From a virus: a stretch of DNA of 64,000 nt. The notes under the pieces are model-generated. The model made no database searches. It was not told the DNA's origin and saw only the letters and a list, made by a program, of their open reading frames with translations. The DNA is taken from IMG/VR virus record IMGVR_UViG_3300032087_006189; one strand, written 5' to 3'. Below, one piece after another: positions 16,706 to 25,929 of this stretch (the first letter of the stretch is position 1; the number at the start of each line of letters is the position of its first letter). Position numbers and translations under genes: made by a program.

Positions 16706-17145
16706 CAGGAGTCCTTCTTTTTGAGAGCTGCGTAGCTTCGTGCCTTCCTACGGCTCGTAGGGGCATGTTTTTCTGTCGAAATCGGAGGAGTGGCCAAGCC
16801 CTTGTAGTAGGCGCCGCCTGCTCCCTGTGAATGACCTACGCCAGCACCCTTCTGCATCCACACAGAGGAGCGTGACCCTCCGTAGGTTTTCATTCCGCAC
16901 CCAGTACAGCGTTTGACAGCGGGGCCGGACAATGGGCGACGAATCGTAAAGTCTGTGCCGCCACATTTTGCGCAGCACTGCTTTGCCGGGGCTGGAGGCT
17001 TGAATCCTCCGATCACCTCGATGATGTCGTCAGCCGCCGTCTTCATCAGCTTCGGCTTCACGACGGTATCTTGGACTTCCTTGTGGAAATCCTCTACCTT
17101 CTTCTCCTGCCGGAGAAACTCTTCGAGTGGGTCGTCTGCGTCCAT
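16705..17145 (-). CDS. Zn-ribbon protein
   Basis: CAKC...CTGC; MKTAA motif. Confidence 0.7.
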   Translation of the reverse strand: MDADDPLEEFLRQEKKVEDFHKEVQDTVVKPKLMKTAADDIIEVIGGFKPPAPAKQCCAKCGGTDFTIRRPLSGPAVKRCTGCGMKTYGGSRSSVWMQKGAGVGHSQGAGGAYYKGLATPPISTEKHAPTSRRKARSYAALKKKDS

Positions 17146-17176
17146 GCCTCGGGTGTACTCACATCTGTCAGTACAG

Positions 17177-17854
17177 TCAAGTCATTTTCGCCACTACAGT
17201 CACATCCAGCTTGACAGGCGCCGCGTAAGATCCTGTTGGTCCGTACTCTCGACTTTCTGTCGCTTGGATTCTGATGACTACCTCTGGATAATTATCTGGG
17301 TTGTTTACAGTGAACTCCAGCATACCGGGAGCTGCCCCTAATGAAATTGCACTGATGGTGGCAGTTCCCGCGACCACGTCAATGGCCACACCAGTCAATG
17401 TCCCGGAGATCTGCTCATTTCCTGGATACCGGACATAAGTAGTAAAGCGCCTCTGGCTACTTGAAAGGTCTACGGCCTGCTGCCACCAGCGAGTGTTCTG
17501 CGAAGACGAATACCCCGGACCAGCAGAGAAGAAGCTACCCGGAACAAAGGTGCCGTCCGGCTGCTCCACCATCGTGATCAACTGCAGTTTCCGTCTTCGA
17601 TGGCCCATCTGGAATGAGTCCTTCAGAGAAGTCGGAGGTGAAGAGTAGTCATCCTTCCAGACCTTCCAAGCTCTGAGCGAGTTGGTCAAAGACGCCAGAA
17701 GTGGAAGCGCTCCATCTGCTGCTGGCTCAGGCTTCCCGAGGCGCGCAGATCGCAGCACAGCCCTCTTTGATACTGGAACTTCTGGCACAGAAGAAAATGC
17801 AGAAGCCACGGTTTGTTCAATCAATTCACCGGGTTCTGTGAGGTGACTGCTCAT
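17177..17854 (-). CDS. Hypothetical protein, possibly virion structural
   Basis: 225 aa with beta-rich C-terminus. Confidence 0.65.
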   Translation of the reverse strand: MSSHLTEPGELIEQTVASAFSSVPEVPVSKRAVLRSARLGKPEPAADGALPLLASLTNSLRAWKVWKDDYSSPPTSLKDSFQMGHRRRKLQLITMVEQPDGTFVPGSFFSAGPGYSSSQNTRWWQQAVDLSSSQRRFTTYVRYPGNEQISGTLTGVAIDVVAGTATISAISLGAAPGMLEFTVNNPDNYPEVVIRIQATESREYGPTGSYAAPVKLDVTVVAKMT

Positions 17855-18108
17855 TTTTTCTGGCTCCTGATCAAGGTCTTAACGAGGCTAATTAGCCCCA
17901 TAGGATCGCCATCGTGAGATGCCGACTGCACCGGGCGCACGCTTTCTCCTGCCTTCAGAATGTGGGTGAGTGGCACCCTCTTCCATTCTCCGGACGAAAG
18001 AACCTCGGCTCCCCTTGTCGACAAAGTGCCGATTGACTGCGTTCTACGAGCATAAGCAGCGACCGTTTCACCGGGAATAGGACTTTTTTTCTTCTGCGAT
18101 ACTTGCAT
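17851..18108 (-). CDS. Hypothetical protein
   Basis: 85 aa; first gene of the minus-strand run. Confidence 0.6.
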   Translation of the reverse strand: MQVSQKKKSPIPGETVAAYARRTQSIGTLSTRGAEVLSSGEWKRVPLTHILKAGESVRPVQSASHDGDPMGLISLVKTLIRSQKK

Positions 18109-18175
18109 GTAGTCCGTCCTTACTTATACTCATTTTGAGCCGCCAAGAAGCGGTCAGATACAACAGGAGAGTACC

Positions 18176-18502
18176 ATGCCTCGTGGACGCGTGGGAGCGC
18201 TTAGCCGCTCTACCTATTTCCCCGGAACTGGGGACCAGCTGGAAGATCCCCGTGACGCAGTTGTCTGGGAGTGTGTTCGCAGTAACACCTTCAAGGAAGG
18301 CGACACGGTTGTGAAGTACGGCCTACTTCGCGGAAAGAGCGCCGACTGCGAAACGGAGCTGTGGGAGCCGATCACTTCTCTGAAGAAGGACTGGCTCTAC
18401 GGAATTCAGACCATCCGTCGCCGTCTCTCTGGAGAAGACGATCCAGACTTTCGCGAATACGGATGGTCAGACGAGACCGGGACTTGGCGGCAGATCCGCT
18501 AG
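18176..18502 (+). CDS. Hypothetical protein
   Basis: AGGAGA RBS; 108 aa. Confidence 0.7.
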   Translation: MPRGRVGALSRSTYFPGTGDQLEDPRDAVVWECVRSNTFKEGDTVVKYGLLRGKSADCETELWEPITSLKKDWLYGIQTIRRRLSGEDDPDFREYGWSDETGTWRQIR

Positions 18503-18732
18503 ATCATCCGGAAAAGTCTTCCAAGCCACAGGTACGCTCGGCCAATCAGAGAAATCGTAACGATGTCCTCTGGGTTCTTGTCAGACCGAGTTCTGAGCCT
18601 GGATAGATCTGACTCCGTAAGCAGCAAGGTTTCATACCTGCCGAATTCGTTATAGATGCAGATCGCATTGTAAGTAGTTGCAGCCGAGGGCTTCGACTCT
18701 TTGTTGAAAGCAATCATGATGCGGCCAAACAT
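18499..18732 (-). CDS. Hypothetical protein
   Basis: AAGGAGG RBS; 77 aa. Confidence 0.7.
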   Translation of the reverse strand: MFGRIMIAFNKESKPSAATTYNAICIYNEFGRYETLLLTESDLSRLRTRSDKNPEDIVTISLIGRAYLWLGRLFRMI

Positions 18733-19045
18733 GGGACCTCCTTTTGGTCACTATAACGCAAGGTGTCGAAATGTGGGACCTGTCAACACTTCGGAAGATC
18801 AATGCTGGCTGGGAAGACCATCTCAGAAAAAAGTCTGAGAAAACTCGGCATAAGGAAGACGCAGAAAGTCTTAACGAGCGAACCGGACTACGCAGAGATC
18901 AGTCTGAAGTGGTACCGCAAGTTCGAGGAGACCGGAAGCAATGACGCCTTGATGATGTCAAGGCACTACACAACCGTGGCCCGAGAATTGGGCCAAATCG
19001 AGGATGATCCCGAGACCACCCTCGAATTTCTGTTGGAGAACTGAG

Positions 19046-19234
19046 ATGGCATTCACAGATACCCTGTCTGAAGTAGAAGATGCGATCAACGAGATGATGA
19101 AGGACGCAGAGACTGCGGCCTCCGAAGAGCGCGGCTGGAAGTCCGCACACAAGCGTCTGCGCAAGGCCAGCAGTGCCCTGTCCAAGCTGCTTCCCCAGCT
19201 GCGCAAGGACAGCATCGAGGCAGAGCGCTCGTAA
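19046..19234 (+). CDS. Small helical protein resembling short Hc1/'histone H1'-annotated bacterial proteins
   Basis: GWKSAHKRLRKASSALSKLLPQLRKDS resembles the GNKAAGxRARK..L.K....RK pattern. Confidence 0.5.
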   Translation: MAFTDTLSEVEDAINEMMKDAETAASEERGWKSAHKRLRKASSALSKLLPQLRKDSIEAERS

Positions 19235-19235
19235 G

Positions 19236-19667
19236 ATGAACGCTCCGGTACAGCGGTACAGGCCGTGGTGTCCAAAGTGCGGGTCAAAGGCTCTGTCGAT
19301 TGAACACGATCCTCGAGCCCGCGTAACCATCGTCTCCTGCTACATCTGTGGGTGGACGGCATATGGAGACGAGGCCATTCAGGCCCTCGTTACAGAGCAG
19401 ATGGGCACAGTTGCAAAGCAGAACGAGAAGGTTCGAGAGATGCTCAAGAAGCAGCCTCCCGTGACCAAAGAGGTGCCAGCCGTTGTTGATGCGCCCCTCG
19501 AAGAAGCTGTACCGGGGCACCCCACTTGTTCTTGGGAAGGCTGCACAAGACCCGTGCGGCTTTCCCGGGGCAAGCTCACCAAGTATTGCTCCCGTAAGTG
19601 CTGCGTGAAAAATGCACACGCTCGCGACAAGGCACGAAGGGCAGCAAAGGCAAAGACCGATGGCTGA
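19236..19667 (+). CDS. Zn-finger protein
   Basis: CPKC..CYIC and C..C...YCSRKC motifs. Confidence 0.7.
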   Translation: MNAPVQRYRPWCPKCGSKALSIEHDPRARVTIVSCYICGWTAYGDEAIQALVTEQMGTVAKQNEKVREMLKKQPPVTKEVPAVVDAPLEEAVPGHPTCSWEGCTRPVRLSRGKLTKYCSRKCCVKNAHARDKARRAAKAKTDG

Positions 19668-19872
19668 TCAGATTGAAGTTCGACTTTTTGCGAAGGTCGA
19701 CAAAAATGGCGACGAGTACTTTATTGGTAGCTCGGACGCACCTGCGCAGATCAACCTTCAAGACGCGACTTTTGTGTTCTTCCTCCCTCCCGAGGGAGAA
19801 ACGATTGGCGCTCTGAAGATTCGACCCAGAACCCCTCGAAGGTTCGGTCAAGATGGTGACGGGCCGTCTTAG
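19660..19872 (+). CDS. Hypothetical protein; stop codon lies inside tRNA-Thr
   Basis: MADQIEVRLFAKVDKNGDEYFIG...; overlaps the upstream stop. Confidence 0.65.
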   Translation: MADQIEVRLFAKVDKNGDEYFIGSSDAPAQINLQDATFVFFLPPEGETIGALKIRPRTPRRFGQDGDGPS

Positions 19873-19938
19873 CTCAGTTGGTAGAGCATCGGTTTTGTAA
19901 ACCGACGGTCGACGGTTCAAGTCCGTCAGGCGGCTCCA
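19863..19938 (+). tRNA. tRNA-Thr(UGU)
   Basis: GCCGTCT/AGGCGGC acceptor stem; anticodon loop TT-TGT-AA; GTTCAAG T-loop; CCA encoded. Confidence 0.95.
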
Positions 19939-20023
19939 GGAAGCGTGGCCGAGTGGTTTAAGGCACCGGTCTTGAAAACCGGCGAAGGGAAACCTTCCGT
20001 GAGTTCGAATCTCACCGCTTCCG
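19939..20023 (+). tRNA. tRNA-Ser(UGA)
   Basis: GGAAGCG/CGCTTCC stem; CT-TGA-AA loop; long variable arm; CCA not encoded. Confidence 0.95.
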
Positions 20024-20030
20024 CCCTCCA

Positions 20031-20105
20031 TGGGGCGTGGTGTAATTGGCAACACATCGGTTTTTGGCACCGACGTTCGGGGTTCGAGTCCCTGCGCCCC
20101 AGCCA
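20031..20105 (+). tRNA. tRNA-Gln(UUG)
   Basis: TGGGGCG/CGCCCCA stem (U1-A72); TT-TTG-GC loop; CCA encoded. Confidence 0.93.
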
Positions 20106-20183
20106 AGAGATACGCCTTGCTCTTGGCCTACTGCTCCATGCTACCCCCCTTCAAACCTATGGGGCAGTAGGCCAAGGCTTTGC

Positions 20184-20257
20184 AGGCCCGTAGCTCAGTC
20201 GGTCAGAGCACCCGGCTCATAACCGGAGGGTCGTCGGTTCGAGCCCGACCGGGCCTA
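20184..20257 (+). tRNA. tRNA with CAU anticodon, probably Ile2 (lysidine)
   Basis: AGGCCCG/CGGGCCT stem with C4-G69 and C5-G68; CGGCTCATAACCG arm; lacks initiator features; CCA not encoded. Confidence 0.85.
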
Positions 20258-20273
20258 CTCTTTTGGAGAGAGA

Positions 20274-20420
20274 ATGTACCAAGTAACTGTAGGAAATAAG
20301 GTCTTCTTTTCAGAAGACTACGATTGGAGCCTGCCGAAGACGCTGGCAGCAGCACGAGAATGGGCGGCAAAGAACGCGCCCCAGCAAGAGGTCAAGGTTG
20401 GCTTGATCTCCTTCTTGTAG
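20274..20420 (+). CDS. 48-aa peptide inside the tRNA cluster (MYQVTVGNKVFFSEDYDW...)
   Basis: GGAGAG RBS; fills the gap between two tRNAs; below the ORF-track size cutoff. Confidence 0.55.
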   Translation: MYQVTVGNKVFFSEDYDWSLPKTLAAAREWAAKNAPQQEVKVGLISFL

Positions 20421-20426
20421 TGACCT

Positions 20427-20503
20427 GCCTCGATAGCTCAGTTGGATAGAGCACCGGCCTTCTAAGCCGATGGTCCCAGGTTCGAATCCTGGTCGAGGCG
20501 CCA
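20427..20503 (+). tRNA. tRNA-Arg(UCU)
   Basis: GCCTCGA/TCGAGGC stem; CT-TCT-AA loop; CCA encoded. Confidence 0.95.
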
Positions 20504-20534
20504 CTACTGAATACTTCACCAATAGAGAGATACG

Positions 20535-21128
20535 ATGCATAGTGTCCATGAACTTATGAATGAACTTCGTCGAGCACAGGCTGCGGCAGCGGAATACGCA
20601 AACAAGGTTGCAGACCTCAACACTGTGATCGCGAACATTACCGAAGAGCTCGAAAAGTACCCCACACTGTCTGATCGCGTGGCAGTGGAAATCAGCGACG
20701 ACATGGTCACCTTCTTGACCTCCGAAGAAATGTTCTCCCTCACTCGAGACGAGATTCAGATCTTGGTCGAGCTGCTCGGCGGTGCAGAGGAGTCGGAACA
20801 GGCGGATGAGGCCGAAGTTCCAGATCCTCCGAGTGACTCCTCTCGCGCCCCTTCCTTCAGCAACAAGGAAGACACTCACGCGTTTGTCGACCATCTGGAA
20901 GCAGTGGCGATCGAGAAGATGAGTGGCTCAGTGGGCTGGTACTACCGAGTTCTCGATGCCGACACTCGGAGAAAGACCTTCTCAACACAGAAAACCTGGC
21001 AGCTTCGCCAGTTTCTGCGACGGAAGGCCCAGCTGAAGAACGCACAGAAGCTCGTTGTGCAGATTGTGCAGACTCATCCAAACAGGCCGCTTATGGCACG
21101 CACAGGCGTGTTCGGCGTGAACGCGTAA
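20535..21128 (+). CDS. Hypothetical protein
   Basis: 197 aa, N-terminal coiled coil, hairpin downstream. Confidence 0.7.
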   Translation: MHSVHELMNELRRAQAAAAEYANKVADLNTVIANITEELEKYPTLSDRVAVEISDDMVTFLTSEEMFSLTRDEIQILVELLGGAEESEQADEAEVPDPPSDSSRAPSFSNKEDTHAFVDHLEAVAIEKMSGSVGWYYRVLDADTRRKTFSTQKTWQLRQFLRRKAQLKNAQKLVVQIVQTHPNRPLMARTGVFGVNA

Positions 21129-21199
21129 AGAAAGGCAGGGACCCGGCGTTTGCCGGGTCCCTGCACAACCACACAACACATTAGCCCAGAGAGGTAGCA

Positions 21200-21430
21200 A
21201 TGAGCACGGAACCCGAAGGACCTACCCTTACAATAACAGGAAAGGACGCGGCAGTCATCTTCCGCGAAGATGGACAGCTTGAGGTCTACCTGCCCAAAGT
21301 ATCGGAGGGATCGCAAGTCCCTCCCGGATCTCTGATGGTTCTCTGCGTACAGGAGCTAGTGAAAGATGACCAGCTCATCAAAGCCCTGACCGAGAAGCTC
21401 GTAGAGCAGAGCATCGTAAAGATGGGCTAG
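21200..21430 (+). CDS. Hypothetical protein
   Basis: GAGG RBS; 76 aa. Confidence 0.65.
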   Translation: MSTEPEGPTLTITGKDAAVIFREDGQLEVYLPKVSEGSQVPPGSLMVLCVQELVKDDQLIKALTEKLVEQSIVKMG

Positions 21431-21675
21431 GCTTCGCCTATTTCCTGTGAAAAGAACAGTCCGCTATGAAAAGCTCGGGGATCGTTGAGTTCCTCGAGCT
21501 TTTCCATTGTGAAGTTCATCAGCACCATGATGACCTCGAGGAGATCGGGGTCGTTGATCACGACCACAGCAGACTCCCCATCCTTTGACGCGTAAAAAGT
21601 GGCGCCGTCATCTTCGTGGTGCTGGCTCAGCAGCTGAACTGCCTCTGTTGTGGCTTTGGTGGGCTTTGCCATCAA
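21427..21675 (-). CDS. Hypothetical protein
   Basis: 82 aa; coupled to the upstream gene. Confidence 0.6.
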   Translation of the reverse strand: MMAKPTKATTEAVQLLSQHHEDDGATFYASKDGESAVVVINDPDLLEVIMVLMNFTMEKLEELNDPRAFHSGLFFSQEIGEA

Positions 21676-21959
21676 TTGGTCGCCTTTGCGAGAGAAATTG
21701 CCATGTCCAGTTTTGCGAGGACATCTGGCTCTACTGGTAGGTGCGCGAGGGCTGTCCGAGCAGAGAGGGCCTTAGCCACCAGCTTGTGCTTTTTTGCGGG
21801 GTCTTGTTCCTGTTGAGCCATGAGGCTGAAAGAGACATATCTCTTCGACCACCGACGCGCCGCTTTTGCCTCGTAGACCTCTGGATCACGCTCGACAAGC
21901 GGAGCCAGGATTTGCGCGGCAGCAGTAACAATGGTCTTGATTGCCCCAATCATAGTCAT
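21672..21959 (-). CDS. Hypothetical protein
   Basis: 95 aa. Confidence 0.6.
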   Translation of the reverse strand: MTMIGAIKTIVTAAAQILAPLVERDPEVYEAKAARRWSKRYVSFSLMAQQEQDPAKKHKLVAKALSARTALAHLPVEPDVLAKLDMAISLAKATN

Positions 21960-22040
21960 CCCGGTAATACCTCGATCCTATCACGCGGCTCAATCAAGGG
22001 CACTTTTCCGTCATAATATTTGTAGAGAAAGGAGTCTCTG

Positions 22041-22238
22041 ATGCTGAAGAACTTTGTTGTGGTTTTCCTGATTTCCTTCATCTCCACCCTCGGCGCCATC
22101 GGCGCCGTGGTGCAGATCAACGAGCGAATGGCGGCCGATGCCGCCGTCGACTGCCGCCGTATGGCGGCACAGGCCGCCCAGTGGGAGGACCAGCAGGTCC
22201 CCCGCTGGTGCGAGAAGGTTCCGGGGTTCCGCGAGTAG
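22041..22238 (+). CDS. Small membrane protein in its own promoter-terminator cassette
   Basis: GTCATAAT at 22010, AAGGAG RBS, N-terminal TM helix. Confidence 0.7.
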   Translation: MLKNFVVVFLISFISTLGAIGAVVQINERMAADAAVDCRRMAAQAAQWEDQQVPRWCEKVPGFRE

Positions 22239-22259
22239 CGGGCCCCGGAGCCTTCGGGC

Positions 22260-22463
22260 TCACTCCTCTTTAGCCATTGCTTTTAGATCTTCGATCGGAA
22301 GCTCGAGAGTACTGAATCTGTTTTCGCATTTCAGACACAGCCTCCTGCGGTAAACTAGATCTGGCCAGTCCTCCTTGAGACGCTGCACCCATGCGGTGCT
22401 AAAAGATCCATTCTTCCTGGTTTCCAAAACCTTGGTCCTGGCCAGACACTTTGGACATTCCAC
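22260..22463 (-). CDS. NrdR-type N-terminal Zn-ribbon protein
   Basis: CPKC...TKVLETR...RRRLCLKCENRFSTLE; GTG start with GAGGTG RBS; no ATP-cone domain. Confidence 0.75.
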   Translation of the reverse strand: MECPKCLARTKVLETRKNGSFSTAWVQRLKEDWPDLVYRRRLCLKCENRFSTLELPIEDLKAMAKEE

Positions 22464-22482
22464 GCACACCTCGGAGGCACAT

Positions 22483-23010
22483 ATGCACCGCTTTGCTCTC
22501 GATCCGTACCACACCGAGATTGAGTTCAAGATCAAGCATCTCATGATCTCGACTGTCCGCGGTCGGTTCAACACATTCAATGGCTCTATGGAGAGCACCT
22601 CCCTAACCAACTTCGCAGGATCAAAGATCGAGTTTTCTTGCGAAGTTGCGAGTATCGACACCGGAGTCAAAGATCGAGACGACCACCTGCGGTCTGCCGA
22701 CTTCTTCGATGTGGAGAAGCATCCCAACATGACCTTCCGATCGACCGCGATTGTTCAAGTCGGAGATGGCTACGATGTGTCCGGGTTGCTTACAATCTGC
22801 GGAGTGTCACGGCCCGTCTGCCTTGAAGCAGAGTTCAATGGCTGCGATCAAGATGCCGAAGGCAACATGAAGTACGGCTTCGACATGGACGGAGAGATCG
22901 ACCGAAAGGACTTCGGCCTTTCCTTCCAGGCTTTTGGCGGCGCAGGCCAGATGATGGTCGGCGAGAAGGTCAAGATCCAAATCTCAGCCCAGATGATGCT
23001 GATCAAATGA
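22483..23010 (+). CDS. YceI-family lipid/polyisoprenoid-binding protein
   Basis: LDPYHTEIEFKIKHLMISTVRGRF...RDDHLRSADFFDVEKHP...RKDFGL; no signal peptide. Confidence 0.92.
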   Translation: MHRFALDPYHTEIEFKIKHLMISTVRGRFNTFNGSMESTSLTNFAGSKIEFSCEVASIDTGVKDRDDHLRSADFFDVEKHPNMTFRSTAIVQVGDGYDVSGLLTICGVSRPVCLEAEFNGCDQDAEGNMKYGFDMDGEIDRKDFGLSFQAFGGAGQMMVGEKVKIQISAQMMLIK

Positions 23011-24272
23011 TTCCTCAGTGCTTTTCCCTTCGGTCTCTACTTTACGAGCCCAGAATGTTTTTGCAGGGACTTCCTCGGACCCTGCAGATTCAGGCATGGA
23101 CTGCGGGGACCGTGCTGCTTCTCCACATGGCGATGCTGTTTTGGAAAGCACTGACAGACCCATCTCTAGTTGCCTCGTTCTTGATGGAGGCGATGTTCGT
23201 CATCGTCTTGATCCGACTCCTTCGTTTTCGCGCGCTCAAGATTCGCGACAAACTGGAGGCGATTGACAAGACAAATCTCATCGTGAGGTTTCGCACAGAT
23301 CGCACAATTATCTCCGCCAACCCGCTGTTTTGCGATATCTCCGGCTACGAAGAGTCTGAGCTGAAAGGGTTGGCGCATACATCTCTCGTACCTGAAATCG
23401 CAGCAAGCTCCGAAGAATACGAGAGGTTCTGGCAGCACCTCCTTCTGGGTAGATCACACACGGGTGTATACGAGCGGATCAAAAAAGACGGATCCTCGTT
23501 CTGGCTCCAAGCCACCTACACTCCGATCCACGATGCTTCAGGCACGATCTACGAAATCCTGAAGATCGCAACAGACTTCACGCAGCAAGCAGACGATGCG
23601 ATGAGGCTGCGGCACAAGAATACCTATCTCGAGCACGCAGCCAAGATCCTGCGGCACGACATGCACAGCGGCATCAACACATACATGCCGCGCGGGCTTA
23701 GGTCTCTCAATCGAAAGCTGACCCCGGAAATCATAAAGGAGCTGAGAATCGCTGCTCCTCTCCGGCTTCTCGAGGATGGCCTGGCTCATACGCGAAAGGT
23801 CTATGAGGGCGTGAAGGAGTTTACGAATCTCGTAAAACCCGGCGAGACGCTAAACACTGAAGAACTCGATATAGGCGAGGTTCTCAAAGAGTACCTCGAA
23901 ACAACTGAGTATAAGCGGCAGGTGGCCTTTGATCGCCTGCCCAAAGCTAGAATCAATCGAGCCCTGTTCTGTACAGCGATAGACAATCTGATTAGAAACG
24001 GGCTCAAATACAACGACTCCGACTTCAAGATGGTCGCCCTTACTATGATTGATGATTCGCATCTGGCGATCATTGATAATGGTCGAGGGATGAGCCAGGA
24101 AGACTTCGAGACATACTCGAAGCCGTATGTACGAAAGTCAGGGCAAGCCGAAGCCGGAACCGGCCTCGGGCTCAACATCTGCATCGCCATTCTTCACGAG
24201 CACGGCTTCCCCGTCACCTGCGAGCGCAGCCCAGAGGGCGTGGGTACCATCATCAAGGTCAAGATCAAATGA
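23007..24272 (+). CDS. Membrane PAS-domain sensor histidine kinase
   Basis: Two TM helices; PAS (SANPLFCDISGY...KKDGSSFW); H-box LRHDM; N box NLIRNGLKY; DNGRG; GTGLGL. Confidence 0.92.
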   Translation: MIPQCFSLRSLLYEPRMFLQGLPRTLQIQAWTAGTVLLLHMAMLFWKALTDPSLVASFLMEAMFVIVLIRLLRFRALKIRDKLEAIDKTNLIVRFRTDRTIISANPLFCDISGYEESELKGLAHTSLVPEIAASSEEYERFWQHLLLGRSHTGVYERIKKDGSSFWLQATYTPIHDASGTIYEILKIATDFTQQADDAMRLRHKNTYLEHAAKILRHDMHSGINTYMPRGLRSLNRKLTPEIIKELRIAAPLRLLEDGLAHTRKVYEGVKEFTNLVKPGETLNTEELDIGEVLKEYLETTEYKRQVAFDRLPKARINRALFCTAIDNLIRNGLKYNDSDFKMVALTMIDDSHLAIIDNGRGMSQEDFETYSKPYVRKSGQAEAGTGLGLNICIAILHEHGFPVTCERSPEGVGTIIKVKIK

Positions 24273-24700
24273 TTCGCAGCATCCTTCTCGTAGACGACGA
24301 AGATCTGTTCCACATGGTGTTTGAGGACGCGTGCAGCTATCTCGATATCGCACTCGACCTACAAGCTCTCAGCTCCGCCGATGAAGCAGACAAGCTATTT
24401 GCTGGATGGCATGTCAACCCCACTGGCAAGCCAGAGTGCGTGTTCGTCGACCTCAACATCATCGGCTCCTCATTCGATGGAATCGAGTTGATTCGGCGGA
24501 TCAATCAAGAGCACGGCAATGGCTGCGTCATTGGGATCATCTCCTCATCTTCGGACCAGCAGGAGATCAATCAAGCCAAGGCTTGTGGCGCGCAGTTCTG
24601 GCTGGTGAAGTCGGATGAGATCGAGCCCCGCCTTGAAGCGTTTCGTAAGGACTACGACGGCTTCAAGTCACGATCAGTGGATTTCAAGGTCTATCAGTGA
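24269..24700 (+). CDS. Stand-alone response regulator receiver domain
   Basis: ILLVDD, FVDLN (phosphoacceptor Asp), DGIEL, IISS, conserved Lys; no output domain. Confidence 0.9.
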   Translation: MIRSILLVDDEDLFHMVFEDACSYLDIALDLQALSSADEADKLFAGWHVNPTGKPECVFVDLNIIGSSFDGIELIRRINQEHGNGCVIGIISSSSDQQEINQAKACGAQFWLVKSDEIEPRLEAFRKDYDGFKSRSVDFKVYQ

Positions 24701-25344
24701 TCAAGTTTGACGATCATTCCTGGGCCGCGCTGATTGCTATTGCTAGCAGCAGAAACGCGTATCTGTCCGGGAATGTCGTCAAGCTGATTGATGACGAAGA
24801 AAACCCGCTGTACCGCGAGTATCTCGACACAGCGATCAATCGAGACAAGGACAAGCAGAAGCAGCGTCTTGATGTGACCAAGAAGGCCCAGAAAGAAAAG
24901 AAGAAACTAGAAGAGGCGCAACAACGAAACGACCTGTTGATGAAGCGTCTTGAAGACTCCCTTGCGAGCACAAACCTCGCCAAAGAAGAGGCAGAGCAAG
25001 CGAAGCAGGTTTCAGACAAGCTTCGTGCAGAGGCAGAACGTGCGAGGGCTGCGGCAGAAAGGGCAAAGGATGAGGTTGAGCGAGACCTTGATGTCCTACA
25101 GCGCCGCACGCAGTCTCAGCTCATGCACAACATCGTCAACTCTGCGATCCAAGTGGTCATCGGAGTGGGCGGAATCACCAGCGCGCTTTACCTTTATGTA
25201 TTGGTATTTGGGGGACCAGAAACTCAGGTGTCGATGCTTGGGAACACCTGGTCGAACATGTTCGGAATCCTCCTCACAAACAGCTTTTCGATTATTGGCA
25301 CCGTTATGGGCGTGAAGTACGCAACCGAGAAACAGGGCGAATAA
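24697..25344 (+). CDS. Coiled-coil protein with two C-terminal TM helices
   Basis: Long charged heptad region then two hydrophobic segments; coupled to the receiver gene. Confidence 0.8.
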   Translation: MIKFDDHSWAALIAIASSRNAYLSGNVVKLIDDEENPLYREYLDTAINRDKDKQKQRLDVTKKAQKEKKKLEEAQQRNDLLMKRLEDSLASTNLAKEEAEQAKQVSDKLRAEAERARAAAERAKDEVERDLDVLQRRTQSQLMHNIVNSAIQVVIGVGGITSALYLYVLVFGGPETQVSMLGNTWSNMFGILLTNSFSIIGTVMGVKYATEKQGE

Positions 25345-25360
25345 GCGTCATAATATACAT

Positions 25361-25798
25361 ATGGAAAACAATACCATGCAGGTGAAAGACCTGCGGGGGA
25401 TGCTTTCCGCCCCGATGACGGTCGGGTATCTCGCTTCTGAGGTACACGAGCTCATCGAAGCTGTGCTGGAGTGCAGCGTCGACCACATCCGTGAGGAGTG
25501 GAATGACGTGGCCTTCAGTGTCCTTTGCCTGGTGGCGCAGGCATATCCCGCGGCAGATGAGTGGCGAGTTCTTGATGGACTCGGTCGCTCGTCGTGCGAG
25601 AAGTTTCTCTCCCGGATCAATGTCTGGGTTGAGATCTGCTCGCATCACGGGGTCGACTTCGATCGCGAGTCTCTCGCGGGAGGGTCCAACTACCGCAAGC
25701 GCACGAAAGTGGCGCGGGTGTTGGGCTTCCACGAAGTTGAGGACATCGACTGGGAGTGGATTTCCACCCTGGTCGGCGGCTTCGAAGTCGAGGCGTGA
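25361..25798 (+). CDS. Hypothetical protein (weak MazG-like E/D helical pattern)
   Basis: GTCATAAT at 25347; SEVHELIEA...IREEWNDV. Confidence 0.6.
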   Translation: MENNTMQVKDLRGMLSAPMTVGYLASEVHELIEAVLECSVDHIREEWNDVAFSVLCLVAQAYPAADEWRVLDGLGRSSCEKFLSRINVWVEICSHHGVDFDRESLAGGSNYRKRTKVARVLGFHEVEDIDWEWISTLVGGFEVEA

Positions 25799-25929
25799 GC
25801 GTTCACCCAGTAAAGTGCCGCCGTTTTCGGTTGCGGTAGGGGTAGCAGGTAAAAGCTGCGCTTCCCCTTTTAGTTTGTAAAATTCTACATAAAAGAGGGC
25901 ATAAGTAAGTTGCTCAAGAGGAGGTATCC

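Noticed and set aside
19576-20193. ORFs 19576-20106 (-) and 19945-20193 (+)
   Set aside because: Artefacts of translating the tRNA genes.
20184-20257. CAU tRNA as initiator tRNA-fMet
   Set aside because: Position 1-72 is paired (A-U) and the three consecutive G-C anticodon-stem pairs are absent; Ile2 is favoured, though elongator Met is not fully excluded.
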